Assembly: GCA_963816355.1 (NCBI GenBank)
Contig: CAWFKH010000004.1
Span: forward strand, 256,001-320,000
Direction of reading: 5' to 3'
Length of the DNA: 64,000 nt
Source: an uncultured Gemmatimonadales bacterium
GTDB lineage: Bacteria; Gemmatimonadota; Gemmatimonadetes; Longimicrobiales; RSA9
How positions within the stretch are numbered: position 1 is the stretch's first letter; every line of letters begins with the position of its first letter. Under the pieces are notes generated by a model, which saw only the letters and a program-made list of their open reading frames with translations, was not told the origin of the DNA and searched no databases. Of the stretch, positions 35,575 to 46,979 are shown piece after piece. Made by a program: the position numbers and the translations under genes.

Positions 35575-36183
35575 CTAGCGCCCCTTCGTGGTCTGGACGG
35601 TGGAGGCGGAGTCCGCCCCCGGCGCCGGAATGACGAACGTCTCGATCCTGAAGCTCGCCTGCACGCGGGGAGAGCCGTCGCGGGCGGGGCTCGGCGCGGC
35701 ATCGATCTCGAGGTCGACGGGTGTGACGATGCGCGGCAGCGATCCGATGGAGGCGAGGAAGCGGCCGACGTCGTGATAGGAGCCGAGCACGGCCATCTTG
35801 TAGACCTCGCGGGTGTAGTACGTTTCGGGCTCCTCCTGCTGGGGCGCCATGAGGCCGAGCTCGACGCCGTTGTCCTGCGCCTGCACGGTCATCGCGTGCA
35901 GCAGCTCGGGCACCTCCTCGCGATCGGGGATGAGGCGCTCGAGGCGCCGCATGTACTGCTCGTAGAGGTCGACTTTCTTCTCGAGGTCGGGGCCGCCCTG
36001 TGCCATCTTCGCGTGCGCGACGCGGTTGGAGGTCTCGAGCTGCTCGACGTGGCTGCGCATCTCGGTGATCGACTCCGCCTTCTTCTGGTAGGGGAAGTAC
36101 CAGTAGAGGAAGAAGAGGACGAGCGGCACGAGGCCGATCAGAATCCGCTTCTGCTGACGCGGGTCACTCGGTAGCAGCGCCAA
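35575..36183 (-). CDS. pilO: type IV pilus assembly protein PilO
   Basis: TM helix plus coiled coil, LIPDREEVPELL and GSYHDVGRFL...LPRIV; TTG start. Confidence 0.9.
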   Translation of the reverse strand: MALLPSDPRQQKRILIGLVPLVLFFLYWYFPYQKKAESITEMRSHVEQLETSNRVAHAKMAQGGPDLEKKVDLYEQYMRRLERLIPDREEVPELLHAMTVQAQDNGVELGLMAPQQEEPETYYTREVYKMAVLGSYHDVGRFLASIGSLPRIVTPVDLEIDAAPSPARDGSPRVQASFRIETFVIPAPGADSASTVQTTKGR

Positions 36184-36835
36184 GGCCGTCCTCCCCTGCA
36201 GCGAAGAGTGGAGCCGACCGCACCAGGTCCGGGGGCGGCTCCTCGTAGGATGCCTGAAGCATGAAGCTGTAGACGGTCGATCCTTTCACACTTGCCTGCT
36301 CGGTCGAGATCAGGTTCACGCCACGCACGAACGGCGAAGCCTCGAGGTTCTTGAGCAGCTCCGTGAGCGCGAAGTTGCTGCCGGTCATGCCGGCGAGCTG
36401 GAAGGTCGCCGTGGGCTCGCCGTCGATGGGACGGAGCGAGGTGATCCACGTGTAATCGGGCAGGGCGCGGCTGATCTCGTCCATGAGGTGCGCCCAGACG
36501 TAGCGGTCTGCGTCGATCTGCTGGATGATCTCGAGCTTGCGCGCGATCGTGTCCCGGCGCGCCGTGAGATGCGCGACGCTCTGGACCACGCGGCCGTAGC
36601 GCACCGAATCCTGCTGTGCCCGCTCCATGGAGGCGCGGAGTCCCGCCTCCTCGGAGCGGCTGCCGAGGAAGAGCCAGCCGAAGCCACCCAGGGAAACGAT
36701 CCACGCGGCGCCGACGAAGAGGGCGATGCGGTCGACGCCGCCCAGCCGCTTGGCGAAACTGGATGGAGTCCGCCGCCGCGCCCCTCGACGCGAGGGGCGG
36801 CGCGACGCGCCCGGCAGCAGGTTGACTTCGATCAC
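36164..36835 (-). CDS. pilN: type IV pilus assembly protein PilN
   Basis: IEVNLLP N-terminus, LPDYTWITSL and LEASPF. Confidence 0.9.
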   Translation of the reverse strand: MIEVNLLPGASRRPSRRGARRRTPSSFAKRLGGVDRIALFVGAAWIVSLGGFGWLFLGSRSEEAGLRASMERAQQDSVRYGRVVQSVAHLTARRDTIARKLEIIQQIDADRYVWAHLMDEISRALPDYTWITSLRPIDGEPTATFQLAGMTGSNFALTELLKNLEASPFVRGVNLISTEQASVKGSTVYSFMLQASYEEPPPDLVRSAPLFAAGEDGLGAATE

Positions 36836-36866
36836 GGCGTCTCGTTCCGTTCCACGCGAGGCACGC

Positions 36867-37904
36867 TCACGCCTGGCGCAACGCCAGGCCGACCGAAAGC
36901 ATCAGCATCGGCGCGATCTCGTCGACGGGCGTCGACTGCATCACGTCGGGCCGGACGGCGATGCGCTCGAGCGGGTTCGCGATCTCCGTCCTCACGTTGA
37001 GGCGGGTTCCGACCGCCTGCGCCATTCCCGGGATGCGCGAGCCGCCGCCGCTCAGGAAGACGCGGCCCAGGTCGCGTCCCTGCGCCTGCGCCACCGCGAA
37101 GGCGACGGCGCGCTCGATCCCGACGGCGAGCTCGTCGGCGTGGTCGGCGACGAAACCGCCCAGCTCACTGCCGCCGCTGCGACCCTGGACCACCGATTCC
37201 GCCTCCTCCACGCTGTAGCCTCGCTCGCGCTGCAGCGCCTCGCGCAGGCGGCGCGAGCCGAACGGGAAGTCCCGCACGAGCACCGGATGGCCGTCATCGA
37301 GCAAATTCAGGTTCGTCGTCTCGTGGCCGATGTTGACGAGTGCGACGAGACCGTCGAGCGAATTCGGATAGTTGCGCGCGAAGGCGTTGTGGAGCGCGAA
37401 GGCATCCACATCGATCGCGCACGCGCTGATGCCGGCGTCCGAGAGCAGGCTCAGCCGGTTCTCGATCAGCTCGCGCTTGGCCGCCACGAGGAGCACCGAC
37501 ATCTGCGGACCGTCGCTGCGCTCGTCGAGGATCTGAAAGTCCAGTTGCACGCTCTCCATGTCGAACGGGACGTGCTGCTCCGCTTCCCAGCGGATCACCT
37601 CGCGGGTGTCCGCCTGGCTCATCCGGTCCATCTGGATCTTCTTGACGATGACGTCGTGACCGCCCACCGCAGTGACGACCTCGCGGCGCCGGATGCCCGC
37701 CCCGTCGACGACGGCGCGCACGGTCTCGGCGACGAGCGCGGGGTCCATGACCTCGCCCTCGACGATGGCATCGGCGACGAGCGGGCTCGTCGTGAGCTTC
37801 ACGATCTCCGGCTCGGCACGGGAGTGGTCGACGAGCACGAGCTTGACGAAGCCACTGCCGATGTCGAGACCGGCCGTGATGCGGCTACGGCCGAAGAGTC
37901 CCAC
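36867..37904 (-). CDS. pilM: type IV pilus assembly protein PilM
   Basis: GLDIGS, EAEQHVPF, LLVAAKRE, LSGGGS and VGLALR. Confidence 0.93.
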   Translation of the reverse strand: MGLFGRSRITAGLDIGSGFVKLVLVDHSRAEPEIVKLTTSPLVADAIVEGEVMDPALVAETVRAVVDGAGIRRREVVTAVGGHDVIVKKIQMDRMSQADTREVIRWEAEQHVPFDMESVQLDFQILDERSDGPQMSVLLVAAKRELIENRLSLLSDAGISACAIDVDAFALHNAFARNYPNSLDGLVALVNIGHETTNLNLLDDGHPVLVRDFPFGSRRLREALQRERGYSVEEAESVVQGRSGGSELGGFVADHADELAVGIERAVAFAVAQAQGRDLGRVFLSGGGSRIPGMAQAVGTRLNVRTEIANPLERIAVRPDVMQSTPVDEIAPMLMLSVGLALRQA

Positions 37905-37964
37905 GATGGACCGGTCTGGTGTGGGGGATGTTGGAAGGCGGGGAGGCCGCTGTGTAGCGCAGGG

Positions 37965-37994
37965 ACGCTACGATCCGGGACCCGCCTCTGTCAA
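37965..37994 (-). promoter_or_regulatory. sigma70-type promoter for pilMNOPQ
   Basis: Minus strand reads TTGACA-N18-TAGCGT, ~60 bp before pilM. Confidence 0.55.
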
Positions 37995-38030
37995 GGGCCG
38001 CGTGCAGCGCGGCAAGTTCGCGTCGGCTCA

Positions 38031-39203
38031 TCAGTTCGCCACCCCCGCGGCCGTGAAGTCGAACCAGCTGCGGCTGGCGAGCGGCACGGCGCGGATCCAG
38101 CTGTCGAGCGCGTGTTCGGCGGCGCAGCTCGAATACTGGATGACGGAGTTGCCGCTGGTCGAGCTCGTGCTGATGTCGGCGCTGTCGCTGTTCACCAGCA
38201 CGACGCCGTTGAAGTGGTTGCCCGTCCCGGACATGTCGAGCTTCCCCTTCACGACGATGATGCCGTAGAAGACGAAATCGCCGGTCGCCTTCAGGTTGCC
38301 GTCGACCAGGAGGATGCCCTGCCCGACGCCGCCCTGGAGCCGCAGCTCCGTGGCGGTCGAATGGATGATCGGGAAATAGCTCGAGCAGGGCTGACCGGCG
38401 TTCTCCGGGTCGCCCCAGTTGTACAGACTGGACGTGTCGCAATCGCCGCCGCTCACCACCGGCGCGGTTCCCGGCGGGTTCGCATCGGACATCTGCAGGC
38501 CCATCGCCGCGAGGTCGTCGTAGCTCTTGTCGCCGTAGTTGAGCAGCTTGCCGTCGCCCAGCGTGGTGTCCTGCGACAGGGCGGGATCGCCGTTGATGCC
38601 GGTCTGCTTCGACGGGTCGTACGTCGCGCCGGTGACCTGCGTCGTGTCCGACGTGACGACGCCCGGCACGTTCGCGTCGCCGTCGTCGTTGCAGGCGCCG
38701 GCGTCGACATCCTGGCCGTTGATGAAGGAGTTGCCCTTCACGTTGAGGCCGCCGAGCACGTAGAGGGGAGATCCGATGGGCACGTTCAGCGTCTCCGTGC
38801 GGACGACGCGGGCGAGGGTCCGGCGCGCCGCGGCGACGCGGTAGCCGCGGTTGAGAGGCCAGCCGATCGACGTGATGAGCCACATGCCGTCCGCGAGCTT
38901 GCGCACGACGACGCTGTCGCGGCCGACGACGCCGGCGCCTCCGGCGACGTCGCCGGTCACGATCTTCGTCTCGCCCACGGTGGCGGGATAGTCGGCGAGG
39001 AACCAGGAGCCGACCACGTCGTCGATCCCCTGCTCGGCGGCGTAGAAGGCGGCCTGGCTGCCGGCCACGCTGTCGCTGATCAGGTCCTGCTGGGCCGCCG
39101 CGTAGAAGCCGCCGGTCACGATCGCGCCGATGACGACCATCGCGAGCAGCGCGGCGGGCAGCGCGAAGCCGGAGCGACCGACCGGATCCTTTCCCTTGGG
39201 CAT
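38031..39203 (-). CDS. PilX-like minor pilin (set 1)
   Basis: SG|FALPAALL prepilin site without E5, AFYAAEQG PilX-N motif and a beta-helix-like C-terminus. Confidence 0.8.
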   Translation of the reverse strand: MPKGKDPVGRSGFALPAALLAMVVIGAIVTGGFYAAAQQDLISDSVAGSQAAFYAAEQGIDDVVGSWFLADYPATVGETKIVTGDVAGGAGVVGRDSVVVRKLADGMWLITSIGWPLNRGYRVAAARRTLARVVRTETLNVPIGSPLYVLGGLNVKGNSFINGQDVDAGACNDDGDANVPGVVTSDTTQVTGATYDPSKQTGINGDPALSQDTTLGDGKLLNYGDKSYDDLAAMGLQMSDANPPGTAPVVSGGDCDTSSLYNWGDPENAGQPCSSYFPIIHSTATELRLQGGVGQGILLVDGNLKATGDFVFYGIIVVKGKLDMSGTGNHFNGVVLVNSDSADISTSSTSGNSVIQYSSCAAEHALDSWIRAVPLASRSWFDFTAAGVAN

Positions 39204-39220
39204 CTCGTTCCTCCGCCGCT

Positions 39221-40069
39221 TCAGTTGTTGCGCAGGTAGAGCTGAGTGACGAGCGAATCCTGGTACGCCTGGCCGAGCCGGGGACCGGTGGGACTCTGCG
39301 CCTTCACGCTGATCACAATGCGCTCGACCTGCGTCGGGTCGCTCGTCACCGCGCCGTCGGCGTCGTAGTAGGTGAAGCGAAGGCCGCCGTCGTCCGGCGA
39401 CGCGAGCGGACCGAGCAGCATCGTCACGGCGGCGCCGTCGGCATGGCGGCCGAGCATGTACCTGCCGCCGGCGTCCTGGTAGAGACCGTACGTGAGCCAT
39501 GTGAAGGCGCGGACGGGTGCGCCCGCGAGGATGCCGGCCCACTCGGTGGGCGGCCACGTGCCGGGCGCGCCGAGCGTGCCGAGCAGGCGCCGCGTGTAGC
39601 CGGTCCAGGAAGCGCAGCCGGTGCCGCCGCTCACGGCGCCGACGTAGAGCGGGAGCCAGTCGTCGTCGTCGACGGTCTTGGGGTCGTTCTCGACGAAGAC
39701 GAGGACGCTGTCCTGCGCGGCCAGCGCATCGCCGACCTGCTGAACCTCGACATCGTCGGTCGAGCGGGCGCAGACGACGCCCGCCTTGCGGTACGCGCGG
39801 AAGCGGATCGAATCGGGGCCGATCGCGCCAATGTCGGTCCCCGCGCTGGCCGCCGGATCGGCGCTGACTTCGCGCAGCTCGGTGGTGAGCACTTCGAGCG
39901 CCGTGCGGGTGTTGTCCTGGGTCGAGGCGAGCGCCTGCTGCGTGCGCATCGCCCGCTCCTGGACGACGACCGTCCGGTAGATGGCGGTGAGGAGGAGCAT
40001 CCCGATCACCATCGCCACGAGGAGCTCGACGAAGGTGAAGCCGAGGTCGGGGCGGTCAGCGCGCGACAT
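39221..40069 (-). CDS. PilW-like minor pilin (set 1)
   Basis: G|FTFVELLVAM; C-terminal YLRN. Confidence 0.8.
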   Translation of the reverse strand: MSRADRPDLGFTFVELLVAMVIGMLLLTAIYRTVVVQERAMRTQQALASTQDNTRTALEVLTTELREVSADPAASAGTDIGAIGPDSIRFRAYRKAGVVCARSTDDVEVQQVGDALAAQDSVLVFVENDPKTVDDDDWLPLYVGAVSGGTGCASWTGYTRRLLGTLGAPGTWPPTEWAGILAGAPVRAFTWLTYGLYQDAGGRYMLGRHADGAAVTMLLGPLASPDDGGLRFTYYDADGAVTSDPTQVERIVISVKAQSPTGPRLGQAYQDSLVTQLYLRNN

Positions 40070-40427
40070 CGACGGAGAGCGTGTCGGTGGCGTCGGTGCT
40101 CCACGATCCGCCCGTGTAGCCCGGACCGCTGCTCACGAACCGGAGCCGCGCGAGGGTTCCGCTGAGCGGCGTGAAGTCGCAGGTGACCACGTAGCCGCCG
40201 ATCTGGCGATCGAAGGCGCCACAGCGCGCGCCGATCGTGGCGTAGCCGCCTCCTCGCAGCTCCTCGATCGCGTACTGCACGGCTGCGTCCCGCTCGGTGC
40301 GGCGCGCGGCGATGCGCGTGCGGGTCAGGATCGATCCGGTGGTGGCGGCCATCGCGAGAAGGCCGAAGGCGAGGATCACCATCGCCACGACGACCTCGAT
40401 GAGCGAGAACCCCTCGCGGCCGCTCAC
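40056..40427 (-). CDS. PilV-like minor pilin (set 1)
   Basis: G|FSLIEVVVAMVILAFGLLA. Confidence 0.82.
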   Translation of the reverse strand: MSGREGFSLIEVVVAMVILAFGLLAMAATTGSILTRTRIAARRTERDAAVQYAIEELRGGGYATIGARCGAFDRQIGGYVVTCDFTPLSGTLARLRFVSSGPGYTGGSWSTDATDTLSVDVAR

Positions 40428-40864
40428 TTCTTCTCCACCTGTCCGAGGGGCCGGACGCGGAGCGAGGCGGAGTCGGCGCCGGTGCGGAAGGTCGCGTCCA
40501 CATCGCTGGCGGGGCAGTCGGCGAAACCGCGTGGGGTGTAGCAGATCGACACGGCGGCGCCGGTCGACGTGGTGACGGAGGCGCCGTAGTCGCCGCGGAA
40601 GTCGAGGCGGTCGATCGTGTCACCGGCGGCCGTCCGGGCGGTGGCGCGGCGCGCGCTCGGATCGAGCGTGACGGTGACGACCTGACCCTCCTGGATCGCG
40701 GCGGCGCGGCCGCGGGAAGCGAGCCAGATGAAGCCGTCGCGCGCGTTGATCGCGGCGCCTCTCGCCTGGAGGCGCCCGATCTGGGGCGCCGTTATGGCGA
40801 GAAGAACGCCGCCGATCATGATCACGAACAGCAACTCGATGAGACTGAAACCGCCTTTGCGCAT
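40424..40864 (-). CDS. FimT/GspH-like minor pilin (set 1)
   Basis: G|FSLIELL, GRAAAI, YTPRG and VRPLGQV. Confidence 0.82.
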   Translation of the reverse strand: MRKGGFSLIELLFVIMIGGVLLAITAPQIGRLQARGAAINARDGFIWLASRGRAAAIQEGQVVTVTLDPSARRATARTAAGDTIDRLDFRGDYGASVTTSTGAAVSICYTPRGFADCPASDVDATFRTGADSASLRVRPLGQVEKK

Positions 40865-41011
40865 CTCCGTCGCTCACACCGTTCGGGGCGGAGGCTCTTT
40901 CTACCACATCCATGCCGTGGCGGAAAGTGGCGGAACGGCGCGATTTTTCGCGGAAATCCCGGTGTCGCCGGGGGAATTGAGTTGCGCGCGGTCGATACAA
41001 TTTTCTCGGCG

Positions 41012-42145
41012 TCAGTAGAGGGGAATCCAGGTGCGGCCGGGCAGGGCGAACGGCCGGTGAGTGAGCGGCGAGCCCTCCAACGCCCGCTGGATGGCGCAGC
41101 CGTCGTAGCGGACGGTGCCGGCGATCGACGCGGTCGCGCCGCCGACCAGCCGGATGGCGCCTTCCACGATGGCGCCGGCGTCGATGCGGACGGGGCCGGC
41201 GGCGAGGAGGACGCCGCGGAAGAGGGTGCCGGTCCGCAGCGTGAGCCCGGCTGCGGCGACGAGCACGCCCTGGCCGGAGCCGCCGAGGAGCTCGAGGTCG
41301 GTGGGCGCGACGATCAATGGGTAGTCGTCCGCGCACGGCGACGCGGGGTCGAGCGGCGCGCCCCAGCTCCCGACGACGGCGGTGTCGCACGCGCCGCCAC
41401 TCTGCCGCGGGCGCGGCGTCACGGGGCCCGCGGCGGGCCGGAACGGCGGCGGCGGGGGCGCCAGACGCACCGGCCCGAGGCGCGGCTCCGTCACCGGGAG
41501 CGGCTCGGGGGCGGACGCCACCGGCGGGTCGCCGGTGACCACGGCGCCGGGATCGATGTCGACGGCGGCGCCGCCGGATGAGAGGACGGCGGGGCGGCCG
41601 GCCGCGCCGAACAGCGCCGCCACGACGGCGGCCGCCGCGGCGTCGCAGGCGGCGGGCGTGTTCGGGCTGGCCGACGGACTGCGGCCATCCACCTTCGCGG
41701 CCGCTTCGATCCTCACGCCGCCGGTGCCGGCCGCGGCAATGGCGGCGGGGAGGTCACGCCAGAGCTCGGTCGCGGGGACGACGCGGACGAGCGCGCCGAC
41801 GGCGAGCGCGGCGCGCGCCGCGGCCGGTCCCGCGCGGCCGCGTCCACGCACGAGGAAGAGGCCGCCCTCGAGCCGCCGCACGTCGGCGGCGACGCCCGCG
41901 GCGGGGTCGAGCGTGCGAGATCCACCGACCGGCAGGTCCGTGAAGCGGGCGCTGTCCCATGCCTCGATCGCTCCGGCAACGCCTTCGTAGGCGCGCAGGC
42001 GCGAGGCGAGCAACGATCTCCGGGTGCGCGCGATCACGGCGCGCTGCAGCGTCGTCTGGAGGGTGACGGTCGCGATCACGCCGAGCGCCAGGAGCGCGAG
42101 GAGCACCACGAGGAGCGCGAAGCCGGAACGCTCGTGGCGGATCAC
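41012..42145 (-). CDS. PilX-like minor pilin (set 2)
   Basis: SG|FALLVVLL; shares WG.P...PC..Y.P and GQGVL with the set-1 PilX. Confidence 0.72.
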   Translation of the reverse strand: MIRHERSGFALLVVLLALLALGVIATVTLQTTLQRAVIARTRRSLLASRLRAYEGVAGAIEAWDSARFTDLPVGGSRTLDPAAGVAADVRRLEGGLFLVRGRGRAGPAAARAALAVGALVRVVPATELWRDLPAAIAAAGTGGVRIEAAAKVDGRSPSASPNTPAACDAAAAAVVAALFGAAGRPAVLSSGGAAVDIDPGAVVTGDPPVASAPEPLPVTEPRLGPVRLAPPPPPFRPAAGPVTPRPRQSGGACDTAVVGSWGAPLDPASPCADDYPLIVAPTDLELLGGSGQGVLVAAAGLTLRTGTLFRGVLLAAGPVRIDAGAIVEGAIRLVGGATASIAGTVRYDGCAIQRALEGSPLTHRPFALPGRTWIPLY

Positions 42146-42873
42146 CGGGCACCGTTGAGCAACGTGACGCGGAAGGCGAGCGGGCGGCGCAAGCCGGGCC
42201 GCGCCGGGTCGAGCGCGACGACGCGGATGCCCACGGCTTCGAGGGCGCCGCCCAGAAGGACGGGCGCGAACGCGCTCTCGCCATCGGCGATGCGGAGATC
42301 GGTGAGCGGCTGCCGGCCGCCGGCGCCGCGGCGGTAGCGCAGCGCCGACGCCGCGAGGTGGTAGCTGCCTCGCTCGAAGAGGAGCAGCAGGGCCCCGACG
42401 GGGGGCGCCGGCGACGTGAGCCGCAACAGGTACCCCTCGCCCCAGCCCGCACCCGGGCAGCCGCCGGGGCGGGGTTGGGCCGCGAACAGAGCGGCGCCCC
42501 GCTCCGTGCCGTCGGCGCGGACCCAGAGCAGGGAGTCCTTGGCGGCGTCCGGGTCGCGCGCCCCCGAGAACAGGACGCGAACAGTGTCGTCGGCGGACGC
42601 GCAGACGATGGCCGCGGCGCGGTACGCGCGGAGCGCGATGGAGTCCGGCGCGATGGTGATCGGGTCGGCGCGCGGGCTCTCGAAGCGCAGCTCCTGCGCG
42701 AGCAGCAGGGACGCGGTGCGGGACGCCCCGTCCGCGGCGGCGTCCCCCGTGGCCGCGCGAGTCGCTGCGAGCGCGCCGCCATAGAGGCCGACGGCGGCGG
42801 CGGCGATCACGCCGGCCAGCAGCAGCGCCACGATCAGCTCGACCGCGGTGAAACCACCCCGTCCTTCCCTCAT
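42142..42873 (-). CDS. PilW-like minor pilin (set 2)
   Basis: G|FTAVELIVAL; PDSIALRAYR resembles set-1 PDSIRFRAYR. Confidence 0.72.
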   Translation of the reverse strand: MREGRGGFTAVELIVALLLAGVIAAAAVGLYGGALAATRAATGDAAADGASRTASLLLAQELRFESPRADPITIAPDSIALRAYRAAAIVCASADDTVRVLFSGARDPDAAKDSLLWVRADGTERGAALFAAQPRPGGCPGAGWGEGYLLRLTSPAPPVGALLLLFERGSYHLAASALRYRRGAGGRQPLTDLRIADGESAFAPVLLGGALEAVGIRVVALDPARPGLRRPLAFRVTLLNGAR

Positions 42874-43223
42874 GGCGGCGAGAGCGCGGGGAGGGCGGGC
42901 GGGCGATGGAGGCGCACGCTGAACGCACGGGCGCCGCCGGGCGCGGCGATCTCGGCAGTGAGCGCGCGGACGCCGGCGCTGTCGGCCGACCAGCGCAGGG
43001 TCACCCCATCCTCGACGCGCTCGCCGGCCCCGCCGTCCGGCGCGACGAGCAGCGAGTCGGCGAGCGCCGCGATCCGTGCCAGCGCCGCCTCGTCGCGCGC
43101 CGCGCGGGTCGCGGCTCGCTGGAGCGCGACGAGCAACGTCGCGGCACCGATCACGCCCACCTGGAGGATCAGCAGCGCCACGATCAGCTCCGCCAGCGTG
43201 AAGCCGCCGCGCCGCTTCACCAC
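42870..43223 (-). CDS. PilV-like minor pilin (set 2)
   Basis: G|FTLAELIVALLILQVGVIG. Confidence 0.72.
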   Translation of the reverse strand: MVKRRGGFTLAELIVALLILQVGVIGAATLLVALQRAATRAARDEAALARIAALADSLLVAPDGGAGERVEDGVTLRWSADSAGVRALTAEIAAPGGARAFSVRLHRPPALPALSPP

Positions 43224-43672
43224 GCGCGCACCCTGCCATAGGAGGAGATGGTGACGCCCGCGGTCGCCGCGCCGCGTCGGAAGGTGATCGTGCGGCTGCC
43301 GACGGCCGCCAGCCCGAGGGCGGAGTAGCGGACCACCGCCGACGGAGCGCCCGCGACGCTCAGCGCCACGCCGAACTCGCGAGCCACCGCGACGGTGTCG
43401 GCGCGGCCGCCGGTGGCGGGGGCGGCGACGAGCGTCCCGGCGGCGGCGTCGACCGTCACCAGCTCGCCGCCGCCGGCGATGGCGTCGCTCCTGGCGCGGT
43501 CGAAGACGGCGCGGGCGGTCTCGGCCGCGCCGCGGACCGCGATCGCGTCGAGCACGGCCGCGACGCGCGGCAGCGCGACGGCGAGCGCGGCGGCGAGGAT
43601 CGAGAGGACGAGCAGCAGCTCGGCGAGCGAGAAGGCGCTACGCGCGCCCCTGGGGTCGGTCGTATCCGTCAT
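43217..43672 (-). CDS. FimT/GspH-like minor pilin (set 2)
   Basis: A|FSLAELL, ARSDAI and ISSYGRV. Confidence 0.72.
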   Translation of the reverse strand: MTDTTDPRGARSAFSLAELLLVLSILAAALAVALPRVAAVLDAIAVRGAAETARAVFDRARSDAIAGGGELVTVDAAAGTLVAAPATGGRADTVAVAREFGVALSVAGAPSAVVRYSALGLAAVGSRTITFRRGAATAGVTISSYGRVRAW

Positions 43673-43779
43673 GCGCCGATGGTGGCGCATCTTCGGGGGC
43701 ACATCCATGGCGGGATGCGCCGCTCGGCGCGCCCCGTCCCGGGCGGCGGTCGTGCGCGGGCGCCGCCGCGCGCCGGCGC

Positions 43780-45134
<1,355 letters not shown>

Positions 45135-45138
<4 letters not shown>

Positions 45139-46388
45139 GCGTGCGCCCCTTCCCTATCGGGCTTCGCCTTCGGAAGCAGGATCGTGAACGTGGTGCCGCC
45201 ACCGACCGTCGCTACGACGCGAATCGTGCCTCCCATCGCGTCGATCAGCCGCGCCGCGACGGCCAGGCCGAGCCCGGTGCCGCGGCCCGGCTCCTTCGTC
45301 GTGAAGAACGGCTCGAAGATCTGCTCGCGGTGCTCCGGCGAGATACCGGGCCCGTTGTCGCGAACGGAAATGTGCACGACCTCGTCGCCGCCGGCAAAGG
45401 GCGTGCGCCGCGGGATCTGCGGCCGCTGATTGAAGCGGCGGCGGTGCGAGTAGTCGATGTCGGGAGGGTCGTCGCGGCGCCGGGCGGGGAACGGCCGCAC
45501 GAGAGGGAACGCCTCGAAGCGGGTGGTGACGGCGAGGGCGGGCTGCGGAACGCCGTCGAGCGCGTCGAGCGCGTTGATCATGAGGTTGACGAGAATCTGC
45601 TGGAGCTGGTTCCAGTCGCCGAGGACGGCCGGCAGCGCAGTGGCGAGGTCGGTCGAGATGTCGACCGCGCTCAGCCTCCCCTGCACGCGCAGCAGCTCGA
45701 CCGTCTGGTTCACGACCTCGTTGACGTCGATCGGCCGTACGCGCGCCTCGCGCGGCCGCGCGTAGTCGAGCAGCCCGTGAACAATGCGGTCGATGCGATG
45801 CGCTTCCTTCTCCGCCGCGGCGACCAGCTCCTTGCGTCGCTCGTCCGCGCCGCGCCCCAGGAGCCCCAGGTAGCCGAGGATCGCGCCGAGCGGATTGCCG
45901 ATCTCGTGCGCGATGCCGGCGCCGAGGCGCCCGACCGAGGCCATCTTCTCGACCCGGATCAGCTCGTCGCGGGCCTCGGTCAACTCGCGGTTCGTCCGGT
46001 CCAGCGACCGGACGTTCGCCTTGAGCTCCTCCTGGTGCACGATGAGACGACCCGCCATCCGGTTCACGCTCTCCGCGAGCCGTACCATCTCCTGCGTCTC
46101 GCCCACCTCGATGCGGCGCGAGATGTCGCCGCCGGCGATCTCCTCGACCTCCGCCACGAGCCGCTCCAGCGGACGCACGACCCGCAGCCGCACGACGACG
46201 TGCACGAACGCCGCGAAGATGAGGATGTCCGCCGCGGCGAGCACGCCCAGATACACGGTCGCCTGGGCCGGCGTGCGGAGGTGGGGATAGAGCAGCAGAA
46301 TCCCCGTCCCCGCGACCACGATCGCGGCCGCGAAGACGACGACGAGTGCTCCGATGAGCTCGCGACCCAGCGTCGGCAACGATTTCAT
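45135..46388 (-). CDS. membrane sensor histidine kinase (2 TM, HAMP, HisKA, HATPase)
   Basis: AHEIGNPL, NLMINA, DNGPG, FEPFFTTK and GTGLGL. Confidence 0.93.
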
Positions 46389-46506
46389 TCAGGCTCGAAC
46401 GGGGGGCGGGACCGGAGCGGCAAGATGCGTGGGGCGGTGGAGCGGGGCAAGCGAGCGGCGAGCGCGATCGGCCGGCGGGAGGGCGAGTGTCGGTGGCTCG
46501 GGCGGA

Positions 46507-46899
46507 TCAGTGCGTGCAGGCGATCTCGCCTTCCGACGTGGCGGGAGAGGCGGAAAGCGAATCGGCGGTGCCGAAGTAGATGCCGCACTGCTCGCCGGGC
46601 ATCGCCTGGTGGACCGCCGTGGCCGCCCAGCCGGTCGGTGACACGTCAGCCAGCACGATCGTGACACCGGCGCTCGGCACGTACTCCGTCGCGCTCGGAT
46701 CGGCCGTGTACGTCGCGTGCGCCTTGTGGTACAGCTCCTCCTGGATCGACATCACGCGCAGATCACTCTCCAGCACCGAGTAGTAGGCGAGCCGGCGCAT
46801 CTTCGCGTACTGTGGGATCGCGATCGCCGCGAGAATGCCGATCACCAGCACGACGATGATCAGCTCGATCAGCGTGAAGCCGCCTCTCCTCGCCACCAT
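46507..46899 (-). CDS. type IV pilin, second copy
   Basis: G|FTLIELIIVVLVIGILAAIAIP and a C-terminal Cys pair. Confidence 0.88.
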   Translation of the reverse strand: MVARRGGFTLIELIIVVLVIGILAAIAIPQYAKMRRLAYYSVLESDLRVMSIQEELYHKAHATYTADPSATEYVPSAGVTIVLADVSPTGWAATAVHQAMPGEQCGIYFGTADSLSASPATSEGEIACTH

Positions 46900-46979
46900 C
46901 CCTCCCCCTTTCGACGAAGACGAGGCGGGACGGCACGCGCCGCCCCGCCCCCTACGTCTCCCCGAGTCAGGCGTAGGGC

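Noticed and set aside
40902..40917. Sigma54 promoter for minor-pilin set 1 (CGGCATG-GATG-TGGTA, minus strand)
   Set aside because: The -24 half is good but the -12 GC is missing; too weak to call.
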